From an uncultured Verrucomicrobiae bacterium (GTDB lineage: Bacteria > Verrucomicrobiota > Verrucomicrobiia > Chthoniobacterales > Chthoniobacteraceae): a DNA stretch of 64,000 bases. This document shows, in pieces, positions 20,618-30,537 of the stretch. The notes below the pieces were generated by a model, which saw only the letters and a program-made list of their open reading frames with translations, made no database searches and was not told where the DNA came from. Made by a program: the position numbers and the translations under genes. Numbering within the stretch: the first letter of the stretch is position 1; every line of letters starts with the position of its first letter. The DNA lies in contig CAWIKF010000001.1 in NCBI GenBank assembly GCA_963836755.1, forward strand, positions 704,001-768,000, written 5' to 3'.

Positions 20618-21799
20618 ATGACAAATCCAATCGTCGGCGTTTTCTACCACTGGCTTGGCGGCCTGGCTTCCGCGAGTTTTTACATTCCATATCGCGCCGT
20701 AAAAAAGTGGTCGTGGGAAACCTACTGGCTCGTTGGTGGTTTTTTTAGCTGGATCATTGCTCCAATGGTTTTCGCTACGCTGCTGGTTCCGAATCTTTGG
20801 ACGATGTTGGGCGCCGCTCCTGGATGGCCACTTTTCTGGGCCTACTTTTTCGGGGTGATGTGGGGTTTTGGCGGCCTTACCTTTGGCCTGACGATGCGCT
20901 ACCTAGGCATCGCCCTCGGAATGGCGGTAGCGCTTGGATTTTGCGCTGCTTTTGGGACACTCGTTCCACCAATCTTCTCCGGACAGCTCGGTAAAATTAT
21001 CGGCACTAGTTCCGGACAGATGATCCTGCTTGGTGTAGGAGCATGCCTTGTGGGGATCTGCATCAGTGGAATGGCCGGGATGTCGAAGGAGCGTGAGCTT
21101 TCGCCAGAACAGAAAGCGGCGACTGTAAAGGAGTTTAATTTCGGTAAGGGGATGTTAGTGGCGACTTTTTCGGGAGTGATGAGTTCGTGCTTCGCCTATG
21201 GATTGGCAGCGGGAAAGCCATTGGCAGAAATTAGCAAGGCGAGCCTTCTTAAAAACGGAGGAAGTGACCTATGGCAGAATCTTCCGGTCCTCGTAGTCGT
21301 ATTGTGGGGCGGCTTTACGACGAACTTCATCTGGTGTGTGATCCTTAATATTAGAAATCGCACCAGCCACGAATATTTGAACCTGAGTAACCGAGCAGTG
21401 GGCGAGCTATGTGCGGTTGAGGGAGTAATGCTTTCGAATGCCGTGGAGGAAAAAGCAGCGCAAGGGTCTTCCGCCCTCTCGAACAGTGGATCATCGACTC
21501 CAGTCCCGTTACTCTGGAATTACTTCTTCTCCGCTATAGCTGGCATTACGTGGTATCTTCAGTTCTTTTTTTATAGCATGGGACAAACGAAGATGGGGAA
21601 GTTCGAGTTTTCGAGTTGGACGTTGCACATGGCAAGCATCATTATTTTTAGCACGCTCTGGGGAATTGTTTTGCATGAATGGAGAGGCACGAGCAGGCGA
21701 ACTCATGTGCTTATCGGCATCGGACTGGCAGTGCTGATTGGATCGACGATGATTGTCGGTTACGGAAACTACTTAGGTTTAGCGGCAGCGTCGCACTAA
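20618..21799 (+). CDS. rhaT: L-rhamnose/proton symporter
   Basis: ASFYIPY..VKKWSWETYW, GGLTFGLTMRYLG, WYLQFFFY and SSWTLHMA; about 10 TM helices. Confidence 0.9.
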   Translation: MTNPIVGVFYHWLGGLASASFYIPYRAVKKWSWETYWLVGGFFSWIIAPMVFATLLVPNLWTMLGAAPGWPLFWAYFFGVMWGFGGLTFGLTMRYLGIALGMAVALGFCAAFGTLVPPIFSGQLGKIIGTSSGQMILLGVGACLVGICISGMAGMSKERELSPEQKAATVKEFNFGKGMLVATFSGVMSSCFAYGLAAGKPLAEISKASLLKNGGSDLWQNLPVLVVVLWGGFTTNFIWCVILNIRNRTSHEYLNLSNRAVGELCAVEGVMLSNAVEEKAAQGSSALSNSGSSTPVPLLWNYFFSAIAGITWYLQFFFYSMGQTKMGKFEFSSWTLHMASIIIFSTLWGIVLHEWRGTSRRTHVLIGIGLAVLIGSTMIVGYGNYLGLAAASH

Positions 21800-21814
21800 A
21801 GGGCTTGCTCGCAA

Positions 21815-24800
21815 CTATTGCCCAAATTGTTTGGTGTAGACGAGACGCCAGCGCGTTCCGCGCACAGCAGCATCCGGGTGAGCTGACAAGTTGGCATCTT
21901 CTGTATTGGCCAATGCGTTGCCCTGGCTGTCGGTGATGTTCGCAGTGTTCGGATCGTAGTATTTTTCAATCGTAAAGGCGCCGCGGTATTCGCCCGTGAC
22001 CTGGTCGCGATCTTCGCGCCAAACACCCGGAGTGCCGTTGACTGCTTGCTGCACACTTTGCGCCCGCACATGGACGGTGAAGGTGTTGGACTTGGTTGTC
22101 ACGCGCGGGTAGATCATTGAATAGGGCCGCTCTACGCTGTTGTCTCCGGTAAGACTGTTTGTAGTCCAGAAGGTAGATAGAGTTGAAGAAGTGGAACCGA
22201 GCGGTATCAGCGGGACGTCGCAAATCTGGGAAGCCGAAACGAAGAAATTTGGCAGTCTCGCGGAGTTGGAAGTTCTATTAAAGACCGGATAGAAGGCGGT
22301 GGAGTTGGTGATCAACTGGTTGAGAGTTTGATCCGCATCGATCGGATAACGTGTCGTGGCGGCGGCAACACCACCTGATGTCTTATATCCCTTGGTGAAA
22401 TTGTTTACCGACGGATTCAAAGCAGTCACCATAACCGACTTCAAAACGGCTCTCATGCCTGTAGTTCTGGTGATGTAGGTGAACGGCGCGATCTGCGTGT
22501 TCAGATTGATCTTTCCGGAAGTAGAGAGTGGTCCGCTGATGCTCCAGGGCTCGACGATTGGCATCCAGAAAAGGTCGAGCAAAAGGTGATCCGGCGGATT
22601 CAAAGTTGGGTTCGCATTTCCCGGATGAGTATAGGTGCCGTGGTAACCCGGCAACGAGGCGGGTCGAAAAAGCAGCGTCTGCCATGGACTATTGAATCCT
22701 ACCGGCAGGGAGCCAAACATGACGGGCGAAGAAAGTTGCCGGTTAGGAGAAAAAAGGGTGGTCATCGGTGCGCCATATTGCTGCATCACGGTATAGTTCC
22801 CAATATAGGGGACGGTGGAGCTGGAACTAGGAGTCATGCCTTCGTCCGGCTTGTTGATCCATGGGCCGTCGGCGACTAAACCTTCTCCGTTATCCCAGTC
22901 AGCGGTTCCAGCGAGGGCACTCGTGCCGCCGCTCAATATCAAACCTGGAATGGCCTTCGCGGAATAGTTATTAAAAGGAGGAATATCGGGGCCGAAACCA
23001 CCAAAACTTCCGCTAGTTCCGCCTGTGTAGCCGGCAACAAAGCTGCCCGATGTATAACCAGATGCCCAATTGTCGCCCGTGCCCATCCGGAAGCAGTTGG
23101 TGTTTGTGTTGTAGGTCGTGGAAGTAGGAGTTCCTGTGACCTCAAAAGTATTTTGCGTAGGATCGGAAGCGGGGATTTTGGGAGCCAGGGCGACCAGACG
23201 CGTATCTCCGTCAAGAGGCTGTTTATCCAAAGGCCCCGTCGCAGTCACTGTCCGGACACTGTCATTGCCGGTGTTGTAAAGAAAGTAACCACCGTTCGCA
23301 TATGCACCGCAACGGTAGTTACCTTTGGGAGCTGTCCCACTGGCCAGCGCGGCTGGATAGCTGACGGTGCCGGTGCCAGACGAGGCAGTCGCTGAGTAGA
23401 TGCTTGTCGCACCATTTTGTCTGAATGCGCCATACCAGTTATTGCTTGAATCCAACCAGAGCGTCGGCACCGGCGCTTGGATGGACGGAAAGTTAAAGGT
23501 AAATTGCTGAAGCTGAGTCCCGGGTGAGGCGGCGGTGCCAGCCAGCCCATAGGTTGTCATCGTGACTTTTCCCGAGATTGAAACCGGACCGGTCGCTGGA
23601 ATCAAAGCCAAGCCCGTCGCATACATTGAGTCCTTTGGGCAAGCTGTGCCGCCATTAAAACTGCCAGTTTCAGCAAAGCAGAGCGGATCGAGTGGACCTC
23701 CTATGCCCGATGCATCGCGCGTGCCGGTGATGGTGCCCAGACGGTATAGGTCCGGCATTACCGCACTCCAGGTGGAAGTAGCGTTAGAGCCTCCAATGGT
23801 TAGGTTCAGACTGTTATAGCGAATCCGCATGTTATTATACATGGGAACGTAGCCCGCCATCGGGCTGACGAACCTCGGTATCAAAGCCCATTCGACCAAG
23901 GTTTGCTGTGAAGGATCATAGGTGGTGCCGGCGAGGCTTCCAGCTCCCGCGCCTCCGATAGTAATACTCTTGGCGACATTGCCCGATTCCGCTTTAGTGA
24001 GATCGGCCCTGTCATCGACCTTCACGATCGCGAGGCCGAGCTCGGAGATCGTATTGAAGCGTCCAAATCCTCGGGTAGTCCCACCGCTTCCACTCGGCGT
24101 GATCTGGATCGGCACTACTTGACCAAGAGCGGCTTGATTGACATTGCCTGTCCCGCTGGACGGAGGGTTGGCCGTGTAGGGCGCAGCGCCAGAGCTGTTG
24201 TCCGCCAAATTTGAGGAGCGGATGTAATCAAAGATTTCTGTCAGAATCTGTTCGCTGTCCTTGGCGCCGAACGGATTGACGTTCCCATATTTCGTAGACG
24301 AAGAAAAGCTGGTGCCAAAGCCAGGGATGCTCTGGTTCATGAGAGACTGAAGATAGGCATATACTTGAGGGTTCCGTGCCACTCCTCCGATAGTGGCAGA
24401 GGTGTAGTCCACGGTAGTGCTGGTCGGATCCTTGCGTGCGAAGATCATCGGATGCTGATTGCCAGCCGTAGCACTGTTGGCCACAGTGGCAGAGCGCAGG
24501 ATGGCATTGTCAAAGGCGGTGCGGTTCGATGCATGAGAGTCATCCCAGACCGGCCACATCGCCACGCGCGGAAGGCCGAAAAGATTCAACTCCGGAGCCT
24601 TGCTGCTGGAGGTGAGGAAAAAGCGGGTGCGCTCGATGACATTCTGGACCGTGGAACCCGAGCCTACGGCTTGCACAGTGCGCGTGGTATCCGTGGAGGC
24701 TGGTGGCTTGAAAGCAAACTCATCCACGCTGGCGTAGAGCCGATCTAAGTCAGTGGTTAAATTCGCAGTGTTAGGCGCTGCCGTCCCACCCATTGAGGAT

Positions 24801-25852
24801 TGACCTGCTGTATCAGTGACTCGCGGAATGGCATTGGTGATCGCCTGCACAAGATCATTTCGCGACAAACCACCCAGAGCCGAGCCAAGGACCGTGGAAA
24901 GACAGGTCGTCGCGGGATGTCCCGGGTAACGTTGATACTCGTGCTGCGCTCCTTGATAGGTTGCAAGGAGCACATCTCCTATCGCTGTAGTTTGTGGATA
25001 TGAGAAGCTGTCGGGAGACTTTCCAGTGTTTGCCACCGGCGTATCCCAATAGGTTCCCTCGGAGGCTGTGTTGAGATTGACCTTGGCACTTTCGTCATCG
25101 GTCCAAAATGCGATGCGCCCCACGATCGGGTTGTTTTTGGTGGGGATGTTCGCCGTAAAGGTCGCGCTCGGAACTGTAGTGCTCGCTGAAGCAATGTCCG
25201 GGCAGGTCAAAGTTCCATCGCGCAGCACATAGAGCCATCGCACCGGCATCGGCAGCCGGGCTGTGTTTGTGCCGCTGCTGACCTGCACCACGCCGTCGAC
25301 TCCCGCAGTGTAGCTAAAGCCCTCCACCGGAGTCGAAGGATCGGTCGCACGCGGATCGGCAATGGGGAAAATCACATCCGAAGGATTGGTCGCGTTCGCA
25401 ATCGGCGCATTGAGATCGGTGAAGTAGGCCGGCTTCTTGTCCCAAAGCGCATCGAGATCCGAGGAGGGTGAGAAGTTGGTCACCGCTGGATTGGTGTCCG
25501 CCGTCACCACCATGGTGTCCGAGGAGTAGAGCTTGTAATACTTATACGGCGCACTCGAGGCACTGGTCCCGGTGCCAAAGGTGCGGATCATCCCCGGCTG
25601 GCAGGCCCACGCAGTCGTCGTTGTTTCCCGTGGCTCGGTCGCATTGGTGATCGTCCCCTGCACCAATTGCACGGCCGAAGCCGCCAATTGCCGCGAACGC
25701 AAGTTCGACGCCGAAGCTTTCGCGCCCACAACTTCCGTGGTCACGCGGGTGAAAAACGCCACCACCAGCACCATCAACAACACCAGCATCCCCAGCACCA
25801 ACACCAACGCCACTCCGGCCCGGCGGCGGTGGGAAGGTGCCTTCACAAGCAA
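21815..25852 (-). CDS. Verru_Chthon cassette protein A (large)
   Basis: GVALVLVL pilin-like N-terminus, W.CQPG.IRTF, GRIAFWTDDESAKVNLNTASEG, EYQRYPGHPATTCLS, GKINLN and LTGDNSVERPY. Confidence 0.9.
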   Translation of the reverse strand: MLVKAPSHRRRAGVALVLVLGMLVLLMVLVVAFFTRVTTEVVGAKASASNLRSRQLAASAVQLVQGTITNATEPRETTTTAWACQPGMIRTFGTGTSASSAPYKYYKLYSSDTMVVTADTNPAVTNFSPSSDLDALWDKKPAYFTDLNAPIANATNPSDVIFPIADPRATDPSTPVEGFSYTAGVDGVVQVSSGTNTARLPMPVRWLYVLRDGTLTCPDIASASTTVPSATFTANIPTKNNPIVGRIAFWTDDESAKVNLNTASEGTYWDTPVANTGKSPDSFSYPQTTAIGDVLLATYQGAQHEYQRYPGHPATTCLSTVLGSALGGLSRNDLVQAITNAIPRVTDTAGQSSMGGTAAPNTANLTTDLDRLYASVDEFAFKPPASTDTTRTVQAVGSGSTVQNVIERTRFFLTSSSKAPELNLFGLPRVAMWPVWDDSHASNRTAFDNAILRSATVANSATAGNQHPMIFARKDPTSTTVDYTSATIGGVARNPQVYAYLQSLMNQSIPGFGTSFSSSTKYGNVNPFGAKDSEQILTEIFDYIRSSNLADNSSGAAPYTANPPSSGTGNVNQAALGQVVPIQITPSGSGGTTRGFGRFNTISELGLAIVKVDDRADLTKAESGNVAKSITIGGAGAGSLAGTTYDPSQQTLVEWALIPRFVSPMAGYVPMYNNMRIRYNSLNLTIGGSNATSTWSAVMPDLYRLGTITGTRDASGIGGPLDPLCFAETGSFNGGTACPKDSMYATGLALIPATGPVSISGKVTMTTYGLAGTAASPGTQLQQFTFNFPSIQAPVPTLWLDSSNNWYGAFRQNGATSIYSATASSGTGTVSYPAALASGTAPKGNYRCGAYANGGYFLYNTGNDSVRTVTATGPLDKQPLDGDTRLVALAPKIPASDPTQNTFEVTGTPTSTTYNTNTNCFRMGTGDNWASGYTSGSFVAGYTGGTSGSFGGFGPDIPPFNNYSAKAIPGLILSGGTSALAGTADWDNGEGLVADGPWINKPDEGMTPSSSSTVPYIGNYTVMQQYGAPMTTLFSPNRQLSSPVMFGSLPVGFNSPWQTLLFRPASLPGYHGTYTHPGNANPTLNPPDHLLLDLFWMPIVEPWSISGPLSTSGKINLNTQIAPFTYITRTTGMRAVLKSVMVTALNPSVNNFTKGYKTSGGVAAATTRYPIDADQTLNQLITNSTAFYPVFNRTSNSARLPNFFVSASQICDVPLIPLGSTSSTLSTFWTTNSLTGDNSVERPYSMIYPRVTTKSNTFTVHVRAQSVQQAVNGTPGVWREDRDQVTGEYRGAFTIEKYYDPNTANITDSQGNALANTEDANLSAHPDAAVRGTRWRLVYTKQFGQ

Positions 25853-26944
25853 CTAATTCGAAGGCCCCTTGGAAACCAGAGGCACGGCAGAGGAAAAGAG
25901 CCGGTAATCGATATGATTCTTTTGCAGAAACGCCGTGAGGTTATTGAGATCGGTCTGCCGAGAGGTATAGGAAGCATCCGATAAGAAAGTAGAACCGTTA
26001 TTATATAGTCCGCCAAAGTCCGGCATGGAAGTCGAAGTAGATTGGAAGCGCGCAAAGGTTTTAGGATCGACCGCTATCATGATGACCTGGACCAAGGGCG
26101 GAAGCTGATTGTGTGAATTGGGAGTAAGCCCTGAGTCCTTGGAAGTATCATAGGAATACTTTGGGGCGATGTCAGTCGAGGTTCCGTCGGCCGCGCCGCC
26201 GCTGGGGCTGCTCGCATCCTTGGGAGCGACCATCGGGAGAAATGCAAGAAGGATGATATTCTCGGCGATTGGATGGATCCTCGATGGGCTGGTGGACTTT
26301 ATTGGATCCTGGAACCAGTCAAGTCCAGTATACGACCATGACTTGGATCGCGGAGGGTTCTGACCGTTTGAACCGGAAGTATATTTGTAGACGGATAAAG
26401 AGTCGGAAGGTTCGGCCAATTCCATCAGCCGAAAGCGCCATTGCAGCGGGATGGTCGCCGGTAGAAACGTAGGACGCAGATTTGCGTCGCTTCCCCATTC
26501 GATAAAGAAGCCCCAGGTATTCAGGAGCGTTTCCATCTGTCCAAATGAACTGTCACTCACGTATCCAAAAGGAGCTTGGAAGAAGATAGCGTGAGTGGGA
26601 TGGCTCGCAGACGAAGCGCTGCCGATTAGGGTTTGTGCACTACCGGAAATAAAGCGAAGCTCTGAAGCTCGAACATACTGGTTGGTTACAACGTTGTTTG
26701 GATCGATGTCGTTGTAGGTATTTAAAGTAGCCTGGCTTAAGCGCCGAGTAATCGCTTCGAATGCATCGCGCGCTTCCCGAAATTGATCAATCTTCGCAGT
26801 CGTTTGTGAAGTAGTTCGTTGGACTGTGCCGGTAATCTGAACCAGAGCTATCATTAGCATGACCAGGATCAGCATCGAGACCAACAACTCGACGAGTGTG
26901 AAGCCGAGTCGCTGACCCGTGTTTGAGTATCGAGGCGCGATCAT
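25853..26944 (-). CDS. Verru_Chthon cassette protein C
   Basis: GFTLVELLVSM N-methylation motif, FREARDAFEAITRRLSQATLNTY and NQLPPLVQV. Confidence 0.88.
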   Translation of the reverse strand: MIAPRYSNTGQRLGFTLVELLVSMLILVMLMIALVQITGTVQRTTSQTTAKIDQFREARDAFEAITRRLSQATLNTYNDIDPNNVVTNQYVRASELRFISGSAQTLIGSASSASHPTHAIFFQAPFGYVSDSSFGQMETLLNTWGFFIEWGSDANLRPTFLPATIPLQWRFRLMELAEPSDSLSVYKYTSGSNGQNPPRSKSWSYTGLDWFQDPIKSTSPSRIHPIAENIILLAFLPMVAPKDASSPSGGAADGTSTDIAPKYSYDTSKDSGLTPNSHNQLPPLVQVIMIAVDPKTFARFQSTSTSMPDFGGLYNNGSTFLSDASYTSRQTDLNNLTAFLQKNHIDYRLFSSAVPLVSKGPSN

Positions 26945-27576
26945 AGGCTGCGAGCGACGAATGCGCTGTAAGTGTAAAGGGGAACAGCGCCGGTGGCAGC
27001 AGGAGCTGAGCTGAGCGCACCTGTCCAAAGGCCAGTTGTGGCATTGGTGGCCAACTTCTGGTTGCTAGGATCATAGGCGACCTGAATGGTGACCGAGGCG
27101 AGATCAACGTTGGTCAAAGTAGTCCCGCCGCTTTTCTCCAAAGGAGTAGTCACAGGAACTACTCGGATATTGACGTGATAGATCGTCGTTGAGTCAGCGG
27201 AACTAGTTTCCGTTCCATCCTCAGTAAAGAAACGCTCGGGAAACTGATAGACCGAGCCTGCCGCCGCCGGCGCGTAACGCGTCGTGTTCGTCAAGTTGTC
27301 AAAGGTCATGCTTTTTACTTCGGAGAAAATCTTCTCCTCGATTTGTGACGTGATGCTGATGTCCTTTGCAGTGCGAAAGCTGCCCAACCCGACTGGGATC
27401 AAGCCAAAGATCGCCAGCAGCGCGAAAGCCATTACGCCGATTGCGAGGGTGACTTCGATCAAGCTGAAGGCTTCGCGCGCGTCACATTTCCAGCGCGTCA
27501 CGCGAGTCGCCGCATGAACTTCTCGCACGCTTGCTGCGAACGAAACTTTACGGCCTGTAGATAATTGTATGTCCAT
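26941..27576 (-). CDS. Verru_Chthon cassette protein B
   Basis: AFSLIEVTLAIGVMAFALLAIFGLIPVGL and RFFTEDG. Start uncertain. Confidence 0.85.
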   Translation of the reverse strand: MDIQLSTGRKVSFAASVREVHAATRVTRWKCDAREAFSLIEVTLAIGVMAFALLAIFGLIPVGLGSFRTAKDISITSQIEEKIFSEVKSMTFDNLTNTTRYAPAAAGSVYQFPERFFTEDGTETSSADSTTIYHVNIRVVPVTTPLEKSGGTTLTNVDLASVTIQVAYDPSNQKLATNATTGLWTGALSSAPAATGAVPLYTYSAFVARSL

Positions 27577-28273
27577 TAAATGGATCGATCTTGATGGTGA
27601 AAAAGTTTGGCGGAGGGGTTTGCAGACCATCACCGTTGGTGATCGCGTGCAGCGTCACATACCAAAGACTACTCCGCGGGATCAGACTGTCCGAACCATC
27701 GGGCATGATCTGGAAGGAGACGTATTTATAGTTCATGCCGACTCTCGGCAACAGCGGGTCCGCAACCGGATGCTGTGTTGACGTCGTCGATGAAGCGGTG
27801 ATTTCGCCGCCCGGCGACTGCTGGATTAACGAGGAAAGAATTCCGGAATCCATGATCACGGTGTTTGGAAGGAGGAGCATCTTGCCGGTCGGTTTCTTTG
27901 AGGTCCCATCCTCAGAGATTTCAAAGCCTTGAATCGCACGGTAGAAGCCTGAAGGAGTCGAAGTCTTCTCTCCCGCCATGCTTGGATCGGCGAAACGATA
28001 GAGCCGCACTTCGACAGTTCGATTCTTCGAGAGTGCCTGTTGACGCAATAGCGCGAGTTCATCCTGCACCATTTGTCCGCCTTGGCTGAGTTGCGAACCG
28101 CGCATGATGCCGCTCATTGAGGGCGCAACGAGCGCGGTCAAAAGGATGATGATCGCCATGACGACCAGCAGTTCGACGAGGGTAAACGCTCGCCGCGAGG
28201 TGGACTCATTGAATACCGGAGGAAAAGAGCACGAGAGGGCTCTCTGGCGGTTTCCGTTCTGTATGCTCTCCAT
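27548..28273 (-). CDS. Verru_Chthon cassette protein D
   Basis: AFTLVELLVVMAII, RQQALSKNRTVEVRLY and PPNFFTIKIDPFNG. Confidence 0.88.
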   Translation of the reverse strand: MESIQNGNRQRALSCSFPPVFNESTSRRAFTLVELLVVMAIIILLTALVAPSMSGIMRGSQLSQGGQMVQDELALLRQQALSKNRTVEVRLYRFADPSMAGEKTSTPSGFYRAIQGFEISEDGTSKKPTGKMLLLPNTVIMDSGILSSLIQQSPGGEITASSTTSTQHPVADPLLPRVGMNYKYVSFQIMPDGSDSLIPRSSLWYVTLHAITNGDGLQTPPPNFFTIKIDPFNGHTIIYRP

Positions 28274-28383
28274 GGGGGGAATGACGAACTTGTAGCTATA
28301 ATGTATTCTTCATTTTCACAATCCGCACGTGAAATATGGCGAAAAAGTCAACTTTCTTTCGAGCCGCCATTTTTTCCACATCT

Positions 28384-29085
28384 CTAGTCGCTGATCATTA
28401 CGATCGGCCCATGCTCTTCAGCCGCACTCCCCTTGGGATCGAGGCTGACGGCAAACTTTTCCGCATGAGAAATCGGCTCGCTTGCGTGGAAGGAAATTGG
28501 AGTCAGGTCGGGTTTCTCAACTGTGAAAACTCCCGCGCTCACCGGCTGCGGGTATTTCGGATCAATCACCCAGAGATGATAATGCCGGTCGGATTCTGCC
28601 GGCGGCACGCCGATGACCTTCAACATTCCGCTCTGCTTTTCCTCGTCCCAAACGACCACAGCGGATGCGTTCGGCGCGCTTTCGAGTTTTGACGAGAGCA
28701 TTGCGATCTGCATTTTGCAAAAGACGTCGCGCTGCTGCAGGTCGTCGAGCTGCGACAAAAGTTTTCCGCGATCTGAATTCAAAATGAAACAAGCGACGGC
28801 GAGAGACGCCGCGATCGCCCAGGGAATCGCGGGCTTTACAAACGAAAAGGGAACAACTTTCTCCTCGCCACGGATCTGCGAAAAAATCCGCGCTTCCAGT
28901 TGCGGCGGCACTTCGCGCGGCGGCGCGCGATGCGCGAGCGCGGCGGCCGTCTCCCGCAACGCAGCCACGTGCTGCCGCAAATCTGCATCGGTTTCACATC
29001 GCGACTCGAACGCCCGCGCGTCTTCGGGCGCGAGCAAATCCAGCACATAAAGCGAAGCCGTTTCTTCTGTTGGTTCGTCGATCAT
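28384..29085 (-). CDS. Anti-sigma factor, RskA-like
   Basis: N-terminal ASLYVLDLL..E...FE, one TM helix, then YHLWVI...PVSAGVF...FAVSL. Confidence 0.85.
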   Translation of the reverse strand: MIDEPTEETASLYVLDLLAPEDARAFESRCETDADLRQHVAALRETAAALAHRAPPREVPPQLEARIFSQIRGEEKVVPFSFVKPAIPWAIAASLAVACFILNSDRGKLLSQLDDLQQRDVFCKMQIAMLSSKLESAPNASAVVVWDEEKQSGMLKVIGVPPAESDRHYHLWVIDPKYPQPVSAGVFTVEKPDLTPISFHASEPISHAEKFAVSLDPKGSAAEEHGPIVMISD

Positions 29086-29765
29086 CGCTTTTGCAAAAGG
29101 GTTTGCAGCGCCAGCATGCCTCGCCGGATTCGCGCCTTAATCGTGCCAAGCGGCACAGCGAGCCGCGTCGAGATGTCGGTGTGGGTGAGGCCGCTGAAAA
29201 ATGCGAGATCGATGGCCTCGCGCTGCTCGACTGGAATCTGCGCCATTGCCGCAAAGATGCGTTTCCGTTCGTCACCAGACTCTGCCGCGTCGAGTCCTGA
29301 GTTTGACGCCGCGGCATGGGAATTGTTTTTAAATTCTTCGCCGACCCTTTCCATTTTGTGCTGGTGACGATTGGTCGCGCGCAGCCGATCGATCGCTTTG
29401 TGCCGTGCGATCATCACCGCCCACGTGAAGACGCCACTGCGCGTGGAATCGTAGGTCGCCGCTTTTTTCCACATTTGGATGAAAGCTTCCTGCAGCGCGT
29501 CCTCCGCCTCTTTTTGATCGCGGAGAATTTCGTAAATCATCGAAAACAATCCCGGCGAAAATTTGCGATAAAGCTGCGCAAAGGCGTCTTCATCACGAGC
29601 GACGACGCGCGCGATCATTTCTGCATCCGCAGCCCGAGCGGCGGCGCCGGTTTGGGGGGAATCTGAAAACTCGGCGGACACGGGCTGAAAATCTGCATGG
29701 GCGCAAACTCCGGCACAAGGCGATTCTCGAAATGCGCGCGGCCTGGCACCCAGCGGATTCGGCAA
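29082..29765 (-). CDS. ECF sigma-70 factor (SigK-like)
   Basis: AEDALQEAFIQMW, IARHKAIDRLR and PLGTIKARIRRG. The true start is probably downstream (ATG 29618 or a nearby GTG). Confidence 0.92.
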   Translation of the reverse strand: MPNPLGARPRAFRESPCAGVCAHADFQPVSAEFSDSPQTGAAARAADAEMIARVVARDEDAFAQLYRKFSPGLFSMIYEILRDQKEAEDALQEAFIQMWKKAATYDSTRSGVFTWAVMIARHKAIDRLRATNRHQHKMERVGEEFKNNSHAAASNSGLDAAESGDERKRIFAAMAQIPVEQREAIDLAFFSGLTHTDISTRLAVPLGTIKARIRRGMLALQTLLQKR

Positions 29766-29911
29766 AACTTCACGCGAGACGCGCGCTGAGTTTCGCTGGC
29801 CGGCAGTGGAAATGTGTCACACTTGTTTTAGACGCACGAAAGCGCGCGACAGATGCATGTGCGAAAGTTTTTTCCTCATCCATCCGGCGGCGGCGTTTCG
29901 ATAGAAGAGGT

Positions 29912-30367
29912 ATGACCGACACCAATAAAATCACCCGCGCGCAGATGATCGATTTTCTCAACGAAGACCTGGCGCGCGAATACCAGGCGATCATTTCCTA
30001 CGTCATCTACAGCCAGACGATCAAAGGCGCGCAATTCATGGACATCGCCGGTGAGCTCGAAAAGCACGCGGCCGAGGAGCTGGAGCACGCGATCGTGGTC
30101 GCGAAACAGATCGATTATCTCAACGGCACGCCGACAAAGACGCCGAAGGAAATCCGGGTATCGAGCGAGGCGGTCGACATGCTCCGCTTCGATCTCGAGA
30201 ACGAAAAAGTGACGATCATCAATTACCGCGAGCGCATTCGTCAGGCCGAGGCAATGGGCGAATTTGCGATCGCCGAGGCGCTGCGAAAAATCATCGCGCA
30301 GGAGCAGGAACATTTGACCGATCTCGCCGACGCGCTCGGCATCGATAATCCTGAGATCAGCGATTGA
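29912..30367 (+). CDS. Ferritin-like / bacterioferritin-family protein
   Basis: Ferroxidase-type residues in LAREYQAI..Y, EELEHA, ENE and QEQEH; GAGG RBS before the ATG. Confidence 0.88.
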   Translation: MTDTNKITRAQMIDFLNEDLAREYQAIISYVIYSQTIKGAQFMDIAGELEKHAAEELEHAIVVAKQIDYLNGTPTKTPKEIRVSSEAVDMLRFDLENEKVTIINYRERIRQAEAMGEFAIAEALRKIIAQEQEHLTDLADALGIDNPEISD

Positions 30368-30537
30368 ACACGCGGAAATGGGACGATTACCATTCAGGCA
30401 GTGCGGTCGAAGTCGCGAATGCGATGCCGACGGCGCGCAGAACCTTGACGCCAGGCAATACGTGCCCGTCCGCCGAGCAAAATCATCTCGACGCGGCGGT
30501 CGTTGAATTGATGATGCCGGGGATGAAAGGCGCCTGA

